This document shows, one piece after another, positions 38,500-47,900 of a DNA stretch of 64,000 bases. The stretch is taken from contig MPMP01000005.1 in the NCBI GenBank assembly GCA_002238565.1, positions 23,916-87,915 on the forward strand. Direction: 5' to 3'. A program made the translations under genes and the position numbers. Each line of letters starts with the position of its first letter. The first letter of the stretch is position 1. Origin of the DNA: Albidovulum sp. bin36 (GTDB taxonomy: Bacteria > Pseudomonadota > Alphaproteobacteria > Rhodobacterales > Rhodobacteraceae). Under the pieces are notes generated by a model. The model did not search any database. It was given only the letters and a program-made list of their open reading frames with translations, and was not told the DNA's origin.

Positions 38500-41259
38500 T
38501 TATCCTGTCTGCGAATCGACCGCTATAAGCACGCCTGCATCCGATCCACGCCCTTTCAGATAGTTTACAATCTCCCTAGCGGCCGTTGCTGTGTCCTTCC
38601 GGGCCTGCACCCATTCCAACTGCACGGCCCGTTCCAGTGCATTGACCGCATCGCGGGAAAGTTTTCCCTCCGGCGGCAGCGCTTCGGAGTCTAGAAGACG
38701 CACTCTGCAAAGGCCCCCAAGAAGCAGGATCGCGTACCGAAATAAAGTGCGGTTGTAAATCTCATTATTCCATTCACCATCTACGAGTTGGTCCAAAACA
38801 CGTACGCTGAAACTAACCGCATGAACCAAGTTTTCGTGATTTTCCAATACAACCGCCGCTGCCGAATCTCTTCTACTGATAATGTGTGAGAGGCAAGCAA
38901 GCCGCTCAACTCGTTGTCCCGCCTTCTTCTGCCCAAGAATGAGTTGAACTACTCTTCTAATCCGAAGTGAATCGGAAACGGTACGTCCGAGACCATGATA
39001 ACATGCAACTGCCGCCGATGCATCCGTGGCTCCTAGTGGACCAGCCGGTCCAATAGACAAACCCATCGCGGCCTTCTCAACTTCTTCGATAATACGGTCC
39101 TGGATAGAGTCTGGACACCGCACAAAACACCATGTCGCCGGCAGATGTCGCCTGTTTGTCACTCCTATTCCTTCCACTGTGGGCTGCCGAATGAAAGCAT
39201 CCAGATCGGTGGCTAGCGCTTCCAAGACTCTGTTCAGCTTGTGTTCGATTCTTGTCAATTTCTCTTCACCGATCTGATCCTTTCCCGGTAATTGTCCCGA
39301 AGAACTCACTACGTATTTGCGCTGGTTGGGGATTCCAATTCCATTCAAAGAAGTCCTACTTAGCTTGCGGTACAGTCTGTCTCGAACATCTGCTTTGTCT
39401 TCGTAGGAGTGTGCGGACAGAAACGCGTCCAGCGCTACCTCGGTGCTCCGAGGCCCATGCCAAAAGCGGGGATATGCCTCGTACTCCACGAGATCCGGCG
39501 CAAGTCTGAAAGGACATGCCTGGCGCTGATCGCCGTCTCGGAAGAGATCGCTCCACCTGAAACGGAGAGGTGATCGTCGTAGCGGTTCGTAGCTTCTAGA
39601 GGAAACCGTGCAAGTAGCGAACCCTGAGACCGGTCGTTGTTCGGCATAAACCTGCACCTCGTACCTCGTTGGCGGATGCTCCTTCAGCGGTTGGATTTTT
39701 TCGCGTATCTCCTCTCCCTTCTTCAGCCTGAAGTCGAGGCATCGCATCCGTGCTGGTATCTCAAATAGGATCGGCTCCTGTGTTCGATAAGTCTTTCCCG
39801 CTTCGACGATCTCCCCCGCCGGTATTAGCGTAGACCAGTTTCGAGTTCCGTCAGGCTGTCTCGCCCAGAGATCGAGTTGCGGTAGGTGATCCAGATACGG
39901 GGCCTCGCCTCGTTCTAGGCGCCGTGCGGCTTCGAGTGCTCCCCAAGCAGCGCAGGCGGCATCGAGCTTCAAAGTATTTTCCGAGGAAACGCCTTGTTTC
40001 TCCAAGGCCAGCTCCAATGCTCGTGCCATTGTGCAGCCCGCGGGTGAGTACAGCAGCACATATCTGGATTCTTTAGCGGCGTGTACCGCCTCCTCCGGCA
40101 GCGGTTCCTCGTGAAACGGTGATGGCTGCCCGATTGCGATCTTCTTCCAGGTTCCCGTATCGTCTCGTATGGCATTCTGAGCGTCGAAATGCCCTAGGGT
40201 GCTTTCCCCGGAAGCAATGCTCTCGACCAATCTCGTCTGCCGATGGAGAAGTTCCATTGCCTCGTGTCCGCTAACTGCCTGGATCTGCCTTCGGATCTCG
40301 TGAATTCTAGCGGTCCAATCCCCTTTCCATTTCAGCCGCTGACCATACTCCTTTCGTTCTGGGAGCAATTTTCCCTTCCACTCGTGGAGCAAGAGTTGTT
40401 GGGTCTCAACTCCTTTCGTTCCGGCGATTAACACTACGAGGGAAATTGGTTTACTTGAGTTGTCTCGGGCTTGTTGCAGTATCCTTCTTGCTCGACTCGC
40501 AGCGGCAATTTCGTGGTGCTTTGTTCTCTCGTTCAGGATTCCGAGAACGACGGCGACTGGCCGCCAGAGAAGGTCAATGGTGCATCCGCCCAACCTTGTT
40601 CGAGCGAGTTCATCAAGGATTCGCGCCTGCGCGGCTTCGTCTATCGCCGGGACATCGGATACAACAAGCACAGCACGTCGGGCGCTGGGTGCTGTACCCA
40701 TTACCCCGGCCCGTAGCGCTTCGCCCAGAGTAGGCCTGCGAACTGGCTCTAGGTTGTCGCGGGTTGCTGCGTCGGTCCCTGGCTCTCGCTTGTTCCGTGC
40801 TCGATCACTTTCCCCAATATTGTTTGCGGCTAGGAGCAGGGCGGAGTTGCGCTCCGATGTTGAACCCGGACGACGTTCGCCCTTGGCATACGGTGCAGCC
40901 GATTGCGTTAATTCGTCGCCATGTAGATTGGCGTCGCTGCCGCCTTCCGGTATTTCCCATAGGCCACCTTCGATTTCCTCCCAAATTTGGCAAAACTCGA
41001 GACGGCGATCGGGATCGCCCACATGCTCGCCGTATCCGGCTCCGCGACCGTAAGGCGAGCGCTCTGCCTGCGGCCCTGCAATGACATCACCGAGTTGTTC
41101 CGTGTCGTCGATTCGGGCAGCGACGGAACGCCATCCGAACCGGTTGCAGTGCACCTCCTCGGACTCGTCGGGCGCATGCCCGGGCTCCCGCGCGCAAAAA
41201 TCTTGAAGACCGTTCAGATCGAGGCCTGCCAGGGTCTTCGTTCGACGCTCCTTCTTCAT
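38500..41259 (-). CDS. large (about 919 aa) protein with a degenerate Hsp70/actin-fold-like N-terminal region and a helical C-terminal region; fifth gene of the candidate defence operon
   Basis: Start placed at ATG 41259 (ATGA overlap with the upstream stop); ATG 41280 is the alternative. Motifs occur in Hsp70 order: LAGLDLNG, VLVVSDVPAIDEAAQARILDELARTRLGGCTIDLLWRPVAVVLG, LVVLIAGTKGVE, YVLLYSPAGCTMARAL. Coding status is strong; the fold call is by eye only. Confidence 0.6.
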   Translation of the reverse strand: MKKERRTKTLAGLDLNGLQDFCAREPGHAPDESEEVHCNRFGWRSVAARIDDTEQLGDVIAGPQAERSPYGRGAGYGEHVGDPDRRLEFCQIWEEIEGGLWEIPEGGSDANLHGDELTQSAAPYAKGERRPGSTSERNSALLLAANNIGESDRARNKREPGTDAATRDNLEPVRRPTLGEALRAGVMGTAPSARRAVLVVSDVPAIDEAAQARILDELARTRLGGCTIDLLWRPVAVVLGILNERTKHHEIAAASRARRILQQARDNSSKPISLVVLIAGTKGVETQQLLLHEWKGKLLPERKEYGQRLKWKGDWTARIHEIRRQIQAVSGHEAMELLHRQTRLVESIASGESTLGHFDAQNAIRDDTGTWKKIAIGQPSPFHEEPLPEEAVHAAKESRYVLLYSPAGCTMARALELALEKQGVSSENTLKLDAACAAWGALEAARRLERGEAPYLDHLPQLDLWARQPDGTRNWSTLIPAGEIVEAGKTYRTQEPILFEIPARMRCLDFRLKKGEEIREKIQPLKEHPPTRYEVQVYAEQRPVSGFATCTVSSRSYEPLRRSPLRFRWSDLFRDGDQRQACPFRLAPDLVEYEAYPRFWHGPRSTEVALDAFLSAHSYEDKADVRDRLYRKLSRTSLNGIGIPNQRKYVVSSSGQLPGKDQIGEEKLTRIEHKLNRVLEALATDLDAFIRQPTVEGIGVTNRRHLPATWCFVRCPDSIQDRIIEEVEKAAMGLSIGPAGPLGATDASAAVACYHGLGRTVSDSLRIRRVVQLILGQKKAGQRVERLACLSHIISRRDSAAAVVLENHENLVHAVSFSVRVLDQLVDGEWNNEIYNRTLFRYAILLLGGLCRVRLLDSEALPPEGKLSRDAVNALERAVQLEWVQARKDTATAAREIVNYLKGRGSDAGVLIAVDSQTG

Positions 41260-42866
41260 GGTATCGCGTCCTGTAGCCATGCCTCGATGTGTTCTCCGAA
41301 GTGATCCATTGGCTTGGTTAACTCGCTGCCCGGTTCAAAGGCCGCGCGCATGAGCCGTGCGTCTCGTCGTGTCGACTCCGGCTCACTGCCGCTTCTATCG
41401 AACACCGAGCGCAGAGCAACGCCATACACCTTGCCGAGTGACTTCTCCTTACGCTCAATGAGGTCGCACGTACGCTCAAGGCCCGCAAGATCTTCATCCT
41501 CTGTGGCTTTGCGAAAGCTGTGCAGCGCGTAGATTGGCATCCGTCCAAAGGTCCGTCCGTTCCAGGACTTGACGTGAAGGGAGGCGGCTGTTCCCGGCAG
41601 TCGGCCTTGATCGCTGTCCATCATGGGTGAATGCACCTCGATGGTCCACTGATGCCCACCTTTGACCGGGAAAAACACCATTGCGGGCTCATGTAACGCG
41701 ATCCACCTTCCCTCGCGCTGTTCGTTACGTGCTTGGAGTGGCATTTCTGCAAGGGGCGTCATGAGTTGCGTTTGCATCCGACATGCCACCAGAGCAAACA
41801 AGAAGCAGAATTCATCCCAGCTGCGGCTCTGCCAGATCCACACCAAATCTCTTGCCCGGTCGTGCCTTATCAGCGCTTGCCAAGCGGCCCAGACGGTCTG
41901 GTACCGCGCGTCGTGCTGAAGAACGTAGTTGGGTGATACGCCCGGCTGAACGGTCCTCACACCGCGCAGTCGCAAGTCGCGGTCCAAAGTTCGGCATCGC
42001 CGGCGGTAAGCTGCGAGCAATTCGCGTTTCTTCGGATCCCGTACGACGTACTCTCCGACCAACCGCGTGCTCATCTCCGCGACCGTCCGCAGGGTCCGGT
42101 TCTCAAGGGTGTCGAGGTTCTCCTCGCGCACCGGCGCGAGTATTGTCTGCCGGGTGCCGGCGCGCTCCGCAGTATCGCGTCCGGGCTGCTTCAAGAGCCA
42201 GCGGAGGGTCCGATCATCCATCTCCGTCGCAGCGCCGACTGGGACAGTTCGGTGCACTCTGCGCAGCACCTTGCGCGGGCTTGCGGATAGATCGGCCAGC
42301 ACCGGATGGAGCGTTCGGGCGTGCTCGACCAGCACCTCCATCGTTGGCTCGTAATCCTGACCGTACGGATCCAAAAACGCTTCGTCGACCCACTGCCAGA
42401 CTCCATTCGCCGTCTTCTCCATCCATCGCTCAACCGCGTGGATCCGCCCAGAGAGGGTCCAGATTGCCGTTAGCCATCGCTCGTTTGATCGCCCAGCGTC
42501 TTTGATTGCATGCTTGCTTGCGTGTGGTTTTTCGAGAACATCGCGGTGCCATTCGATGCCCCTGAATGATTTACCACGGTTGTCTTCGATGCGTAGCGTA
42601 TGCTTGAGACGGGAGGATATCGGAACTTGATAGATCCGGAAGCCCTCCAAGGCACCGCCCGCCTCTCCAACCATGGCGAGCATGATGCGTTTTCCGGCGC
42701 TTACGTTTTGCGGAGGCGGGCACTTTGACGCCGGCAGGTACTTCCACGCTATGAGGGTATCGGCGTCCGCAGGGGTGGACTGTGGTTTCCAACTCGCCTC
42801 GTTGTAGAGCGCCTCCGCGAGATCCCAAACGCCTGCGAGAGCGAAGGCGTGTGGCTCCAAACTCAT
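41256..42866 (-). CDS. McrC/DUF2357-like partner of the McrB-like ATPase
   Basis: 536 aa. LDTLENRTLRTV resembles the McrC/DUF2357 DTxENR-hhK motif. SWDEFCFLFALV resembles the helix preceding the PD-(D/E)xK core. ATGA overlap with the upstream AAA+ gene. Confidence 0.65.
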   Translation of the reverse strand: MSLEPHAFALAGVWDLAEALYNEASWKPQSTPADADTLIAWKYLPASKCPPPQNVSAGKRIMLAMVGEAGGALEGFRIYQVPISSRLKHTLRIEDNRGKSFRGIEWHRDVLEKPHASKHAIKDAGRSNERWLTAIWTLSGRIHAVERWMEKTANGVWQWVDEAFLDPYGQDYEPTMEVLVEHARTLHPVLADLSASPRKVLRRVHRTVPVGAATEMDDRTLRWLLKQPGRDTAERAGTRQTILAPVREENLDTLENRTLRTVAEMSTRLVGEYVVRDPKKRELLAAYRRRCRTLDRDLRLRGVRTVQPGVSPNYVLQHDARYQTVWAAWQALIRHDRARDLVWIWQSRSWDEFCFLFALVACRMQTQLMTPLAEMPLQARNEQREGRWIALHEPAMVFFPVKGGHQWTIEVHSPMMDSDQGRLPGTAASLHVKSWNGRTFGRMPIYALHSFRKATEDEDLAGLERTCDLIERKEKSLGKVYGVALRSVFDRSGSEPESTRRDARLMRAAFEPGSELTKPMDHFGEHIEAWLQDAIP

Positions 42867-44932
42867 CCGCCGTGTCCCTGCCGGTCAAGCCCACCCCAGG
42901 CGAAGAGGCCCCGCTCTTCGCCTGCGGAGATATCGCGTCGTATCGCTTCCTCTAGATTCTGATCCTGAAGCGTCTCGGTGGTGTACTGCATGAGCTCCTT
43001 CAGCGATTGCTCTGTCGCGGGGTCCGCGAGATCCACGCCACGAAGCTTAGGCAAAACGCGCATTTCGACCTGATCCGCGATCGCGAGCCGCCAATCGCCA
43101 GCATTGGGGTACTGCTGTGCGTAGCGTTCAATTGCCTGCGCCATGCGGTGCCCGAAGCCCCGCTGTATCCGTCCCAAAATCCGGTTCAGATTTTCGATCG
43201 CAGTCTCGATACTCTCGCTATCGACGTGTTGTCCGCAATCGTTGATCCATCGGTCCCATTGCGCGGCATTGAGATAGCCGCTTGCAGGGTCGGTATCATG
43301 CGTGCTGTCTCCACCGAACTCGAGCTTCTCCGGCCGAGTGAAACGCAGAACGTTTGAACGGTCGAGGACCTTGTCTGAGAGGGTCTGGGTGCTCTCGTCT
43401 TCGTTCATCGTGCCCGCGAAGAGGACCCGGTATCCGGCGTAGATCCGTCGTGCAGTACCGTTGCTTTCCGCGGGGATATCGAGTTCAATCTCTGCGTCCG
43501 CACGCCGTGCAGGGTTGCTGTTCTCATTGCGATGAGGGCGCATTTCCAATCGACTCAGGAAGTCTGAGAAGTAATACTCCGTGCGCGCCAGGTTCATCTC
43601 GTCCAGCAACACCAGCGCCATTCGGTTTTGCCACTCATGGGCTATGTCCGGCCAGTTCTCGGAGTCTAGGTGCGCGAGCAGGCGCGCAAGATCTGTAGCC
43701 CGGTACCGCTTGTCGACGAAGTTATAGAATCCCATTAGATCCTGCGGGCTGTCCCATCTCGGTTGCACCGGAACCTGAAGGAAGTGAATCCCCATAGCCG
43801 CCGCATAAGCGCGGGGGAGTTGGCTCTTTCCGGTACCGCTGATTCCCGCTAAAACGGTCATCGGTGATATGTCCGCCACCTTGAGCGCGGTATGGAAGGC
43901 GTAGATTGTGCGTTGTCCGAATGTCAGTCCCGCTTGCCTCAACGATTCTTCTACCGCGCTAAGGGATTCTCTCTCGCTCCTTGCGCCGAGCGGTCTTTTC
44001 CACCCGCTGTTCTTGGCTGCAACAAGACACTGCGGGGGGCGAGTAAGCTCCGCTAGTTTGTCGTCATCACCGTCCTTCCTCGTCGGCTGGAGTTGCGCAC
44101 GCTGTTCTATTAGGTCTTGGAGTTCTGCGTCCAACTTTGCCGTGCGCGCCTCGAGCTCGGACCGGCGTTTCTGAAACTCATTAATCTTGTCGTCCAACTC
44201 TCGAGCTTCCTGGCGAGCGACCGCCGAGGCGGCGGCGACTACAACGAGGTCCGCGCGCAGTTCGCCAAGCCTCTGTTCTGCAGATTTCGCTTCGGCTTCG
44301 GCAACCTCCCGTTGGGCTCGACGCGCCTCGATTTCAGCATCGAGTCGGACGACTTCGCGCTCGCATTCCAGCAGGCGCCCGCGGAGGGAATCCTCTTGTG
44401 CGAGGAGAGTTTCCAGTTCGGCTGCCTCGGTTCGGAGTTTCGAGGTCTTATCCGAAAGAGACTTGTGGCGCTCGGTCAATTCGTCGATTTCGTCAACAAG
44501 GCGGCGAGCCTGAGAAAGCTCTGTTTGAGCATGCTCAAGTTCAGCCATCTTCTCCGCAAGGTTCCGAGTGGCGTCCGCGTGTCGCGCGGTGGCCTCTTCG
44601 GTTTCCCCGCGGACTGCAAGGACTTCCTGACGCTTTTCCTCCAACGTCTTGTGCTCGGCGAGCAATTCCTCTTTTTGACGTGCTAGAGCATCGACATCAG
44701 CCTGCATCCCGGCAATGTTAGCGAGAGCTTCACGTCGCTGCTTGAGGTCGTCGTCGAGATCGACGAGCGTTCCGCGTTTCGTTTCGATTTGACGGTCGAG
44801 TTCTTCGAGCGTGGCCATCGGCCCGCGGACCGTGGCCTGGTGATCCGCGCGAGCCGCAACGAGCACCGTGACGAAGATAAGCGTGGCAAGTCCGAATGCG
44901 GCAATGAGAACTGTGAGAACGAGAGGATCCAT
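42863..44932 (-). CDS. membrane-anchored coiled-coil protein fused to a McrB-like AAA+ (AAA_5) NTPase domain
   Basis: 689 aa. N-terminal hydrophobic helix LVLTVLIAAFGLATLIFVTVLVAA, then about 270 aa of heptad-rich sequence. Then Walker A LAGISGTGKSQL, Walker B LVLLDEMNLARTEYYFSDFLS, and GTMNEDESTQTLSDKVLDRSNVLRF (equivalent to the McrB NTAD...RRF region). Confidence 0.8.
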   Translation of the reverse strand: MDPLVLTVLIAAFGLATLIFVTVLVAARADHQATVRGPMATLEELDRQIETKRGTLVDLDDDLKQRREALANIAGMQADVDALARQKEELLAEHKTLEEKRQEVLAVRGETEEATARHADATRNLAEKMAELEHAQTELSQARRLVDEIDELTERHKSLSDKTSKLRTEAAELETLLAQEDSLRGRLLECEREVVRLDAEIEARRAQREVAEAEAKSAEQRLGELRADLVVVAAASAVARQEARELDDKINEFQKRRSELEARTAKLDAELQDLIEQRAQLQPTRKDGDDDKLAELTRPPQCLVAAKNSGWKRPLGARSERESLSAVEESLRQAGLTFGQRTIYAFHTALKVADISPMTVLAGISGTGKSQLPRAYAAAMGIHFLQVPVQPRWDSPQDLMGFYNFVDKRYRATDLARLLAHLDSENWPDIAHEWQNRMALVLLDEMNLARTEYYFSDFLSRLEMRPHRNENSNPARRADAEIELDIPAESNGTARRIYAGYRVLFAGTMNEDESTQTLSDKVLDRSNVLRFTRPEKLEFGGDSTHDTDPASGYLNAAQWDRWINDCGQHVDSESIETAIENLNRILGRIQRGFGHRMAQAIERYAQQYPNAGDWRLAIADQVEMRVLPKLRGVDLADPATEQSLKELMQYTTETLQDQNLEEAIRRDISAGEERGLFAWGGLDRQGHGG

Positions 44933-47900
44933 CAGTCAGAGGAGCCTTCGTTGGTGGGTGGACGACCGGCGGTAGGTCCGTTCGGGTCGTTGTCGTCGGG
45001 GCTAGGTGATGGCACAGTTTCGGCAGCGGGAGGTTCGTCTTTCGGTGCTGTACGCTGATCCTCCATTGAGTGGAGGACTTCGCGCTTCTCGCGGATCTGT
45101 TCATCAAGCATGTGGAGCATCGTTCGGGACTCCGTTGCGGTCCGCTCCAGTTCCTTTAGCGTCTCTTGGAGTGTGTTCTGTCGAGTTTCCAAGGCTGGAA
45201 TCAGCGCTTCCAACTCGGTGTTGCGCTCTTCCAGTCGTTTAACTGCCGCGCGCTGTTCGGCCGCCTCGGCACGAGTTGCCGCGAAATCTCTCTCGGCCCG
45301 GTTCAAATCTTCCCCAGCTGCGACGCGCTTCGCTTCGATGTCGTTCCGTCTCTCTTCGAGGACCGAGAGGTCTTCACGAATGGAAGCTACTTGCATCTGG
45401 AGATCCTTGATACGAATCTTGTATTCTTCGATCTGACTCCTCAGACTTGCCAGTTCCGTGGATCGCTGCGCTGTTTGCCCCTCGAGGGAGGCGCTTGCGA
45501 CGCGTGCTTCCTCAAGGGCTTGCTGTCCCGCTGCCTGCTCGGCGGCGAGATCGCGAACCTCGATCATCAGTGCATCTTTGCGCTCTTGCAAGGTGTCGGC
45601 ATCGGCTTGAATGCGTCGAAGCTGGGTTTGGGCATCGGTTCGTCGTGTTTCGGTCTCCGCCAGACTCTGCTCCAGCGCGTCCAACTCGGTCTGCCGCTCC
45701 GCAATTCGAGCCTCGGTGTCGGTCCGGGCCTGTCGTACCTCACCTAACCGTTCTAGCTCGGCTGCTATCTCACCCCGGAGTGTCTGCAATTCGGTACTGG
45801 TTTGATTCACCGACAGCCGCTGGGAGTCGAGTCGACTCTCGATGGAAGCTTCTTGCGTCTGGATATCCTTGATGCGAATCTTGTATTCTTCAATCTGACT
45901 CCTCAAACTTGCCAGTTCCGTGGATCGCTGCGCTGATTGCCCCTCGAGGGAGGCGCGTGCGACGCGTGCTTCCTCAAGGGCTTGCTGTCCCGCTGCCTGC
46001 TCGGCGGCGAGATCGCGAACCTCGATCATCAGTGCGTCTTTGCGCTCTTGCAAGGTGTCGGCGTCGGCTTGGATGCGTCGAAGCTGGGTTTGGGCATCGG
46101 TTCGTCGTGTTTCGGTCTCCGCCAGACTCTGCTCCAGCGCGTCCAACTTGGTCTGCCGCTCCGCGATTCGAGCCTCGGTGACGATCCGGGCCTGCAGTAC
46201 CTCATCTAACCGTTCTTGCTCGGCTGCTTTCTCACTCCGGAGAGTCTGCAATTCGGTATTGGTTTGATTCACCAACTGCTGCTTGGTGTCGAGTGGACCC
46301 TCGATGGAAGCTTCTTGCGTCTGGAGATCCTTGATACGAATCTTGTATTCTTCGATTTGACTCCTCAAACCTGCCAGTTCCGTGGATCGCTGCGCTGTTT
46401 GCCCCTCGAGGGAGGCGCGTGCGACGCGTGCTTCCTCAAGGGCTTGCTGTCCCGCTGCCTGCTCGGCGGCGAGATCGCGAACCTCGATCATCAGTGCATC
46501 TTTGCGCTCTTGCAAGGTGTCGGCGTCGGCTTGGATGCGTAAAAGCTGGGTTTGGGTATCGGTTCGTCGTGTTTCGGATTCCGCCAGACTCTGCTCCAGC
46601 GCGTCCAACTTGGTCTGCCGCTCCGCGATTCGAGCCTCGGTGACGGTCCGGGCCTGCCGTACCTCATCTAACCGTTCTTGCTCGGCTGCTCTCTCACCCC
46701 GGAGAGTCTGCCATTCGGCATTGGTTTGATTCACCAACTTCTGCTTGGTGTCGAGTCGACCCTCGATGGAAGCTTCTTGCGTCTGGAGATCTTTGATACG
46801 AATCTTGTATTCTTCGATTTGACTCCTCAAACTTGTCAGTTCCGTGGATCGCTGCGCTGATTGCCCCTCGAGGGAGGCGCGTGCGACGCGTGCTTCCTCA
46901 AGGGCTTGCTGTCCCGCTGCCTGCTCGGCGGCGAGATCGCGAACCTCGATCATCAGTGCATCTTTGCGCTCTTGCATGGTGTCGGCGTCGGCTTGGATGC
47001 GTCGAAGCTGGGTTTGGGCATCGGTTCGTCGTGTTTCGGTCTCCGCCAGACTCTGCTCCAGCGCGTCCAACTTGGTCTGCCGCTCCGCGATTCGAGCCTC
47101 GGTGACGGTCCGGGCCTGCCGTACCTCATCTAACCGTTCTTGCTCGGCTGCTATCTCACCCCGGAGAGTCTGCAGTTCGGTACTGGTTTCATTTACCAAC
47201 AGCCGCATGGTGTCGAGTCGAACCTGGAGACCATTTGCCTCGCGCAGTCGCCCCTCAAGGGCCGCTACGTTTTTCTGCAGATCGTCCCGATGTGCAATGA
47301 GCGAGACGACTTCCTCTACCAGTGCGGCTCGGCGTTCGGTGGTTGTCCCAATTTCGGTGGCGATTTCATCCTTTTCTGCTTGGGCGGCTTGAATTCCCGC
47401 GAGTATGCCGGTGCGCTGTTCCTCTGCTCCTGCCCGACGGGCTTCGGCGGCCTTGGCTTCTGAGTTCACTCCCGCGAGCGTGGCGCGGGCGGTACTGAGC
47501 TCCAGTTCCACGTCTTCGAGACGGCGCTGCTCCCTTGCCAGCCTGCTCACCTCAGCTTGCAACTGATCTCGATCAGCCGTCAGTCGATCACGCTGCGAAA
47601 CCAGATCGTCTCGCGCCATCTCCGCAGTCGCGGCGGATTGTTCGGCTCTCGCGCGGCGATCCTCAATCTCCTCGATTTCTGAAAGGAGTGCGTCGCGTCG
47701 AGTCTCAGCCTTCAGAAGGGCGTCTCGCGTCGACGAGAGGTCAGCCTGAACCCGCTCTCGTGTTGCGAGGCTGTCCTGGATGTCTTGTTCCTCGTCCCGT
47801 AGCTCCGAGAGCTTTTTTCTCGCATCCTGCACCGCGATTTCCAAGCTGCCGAGTTCGGCGCGTGCGGCCTGGGCGAGGCGCAACTCGCTTCCAAGCTGCG

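Noticed and set aside
45380-47225. Regular repeats considered as a possible CRISPR or other non-coding array
   Set aside because: The units are 462 bp, contiguous without spacers, and stay in one open reading frame encoding a heptad-rich protein. They are coding tandem repeats, not a CRISPR array.
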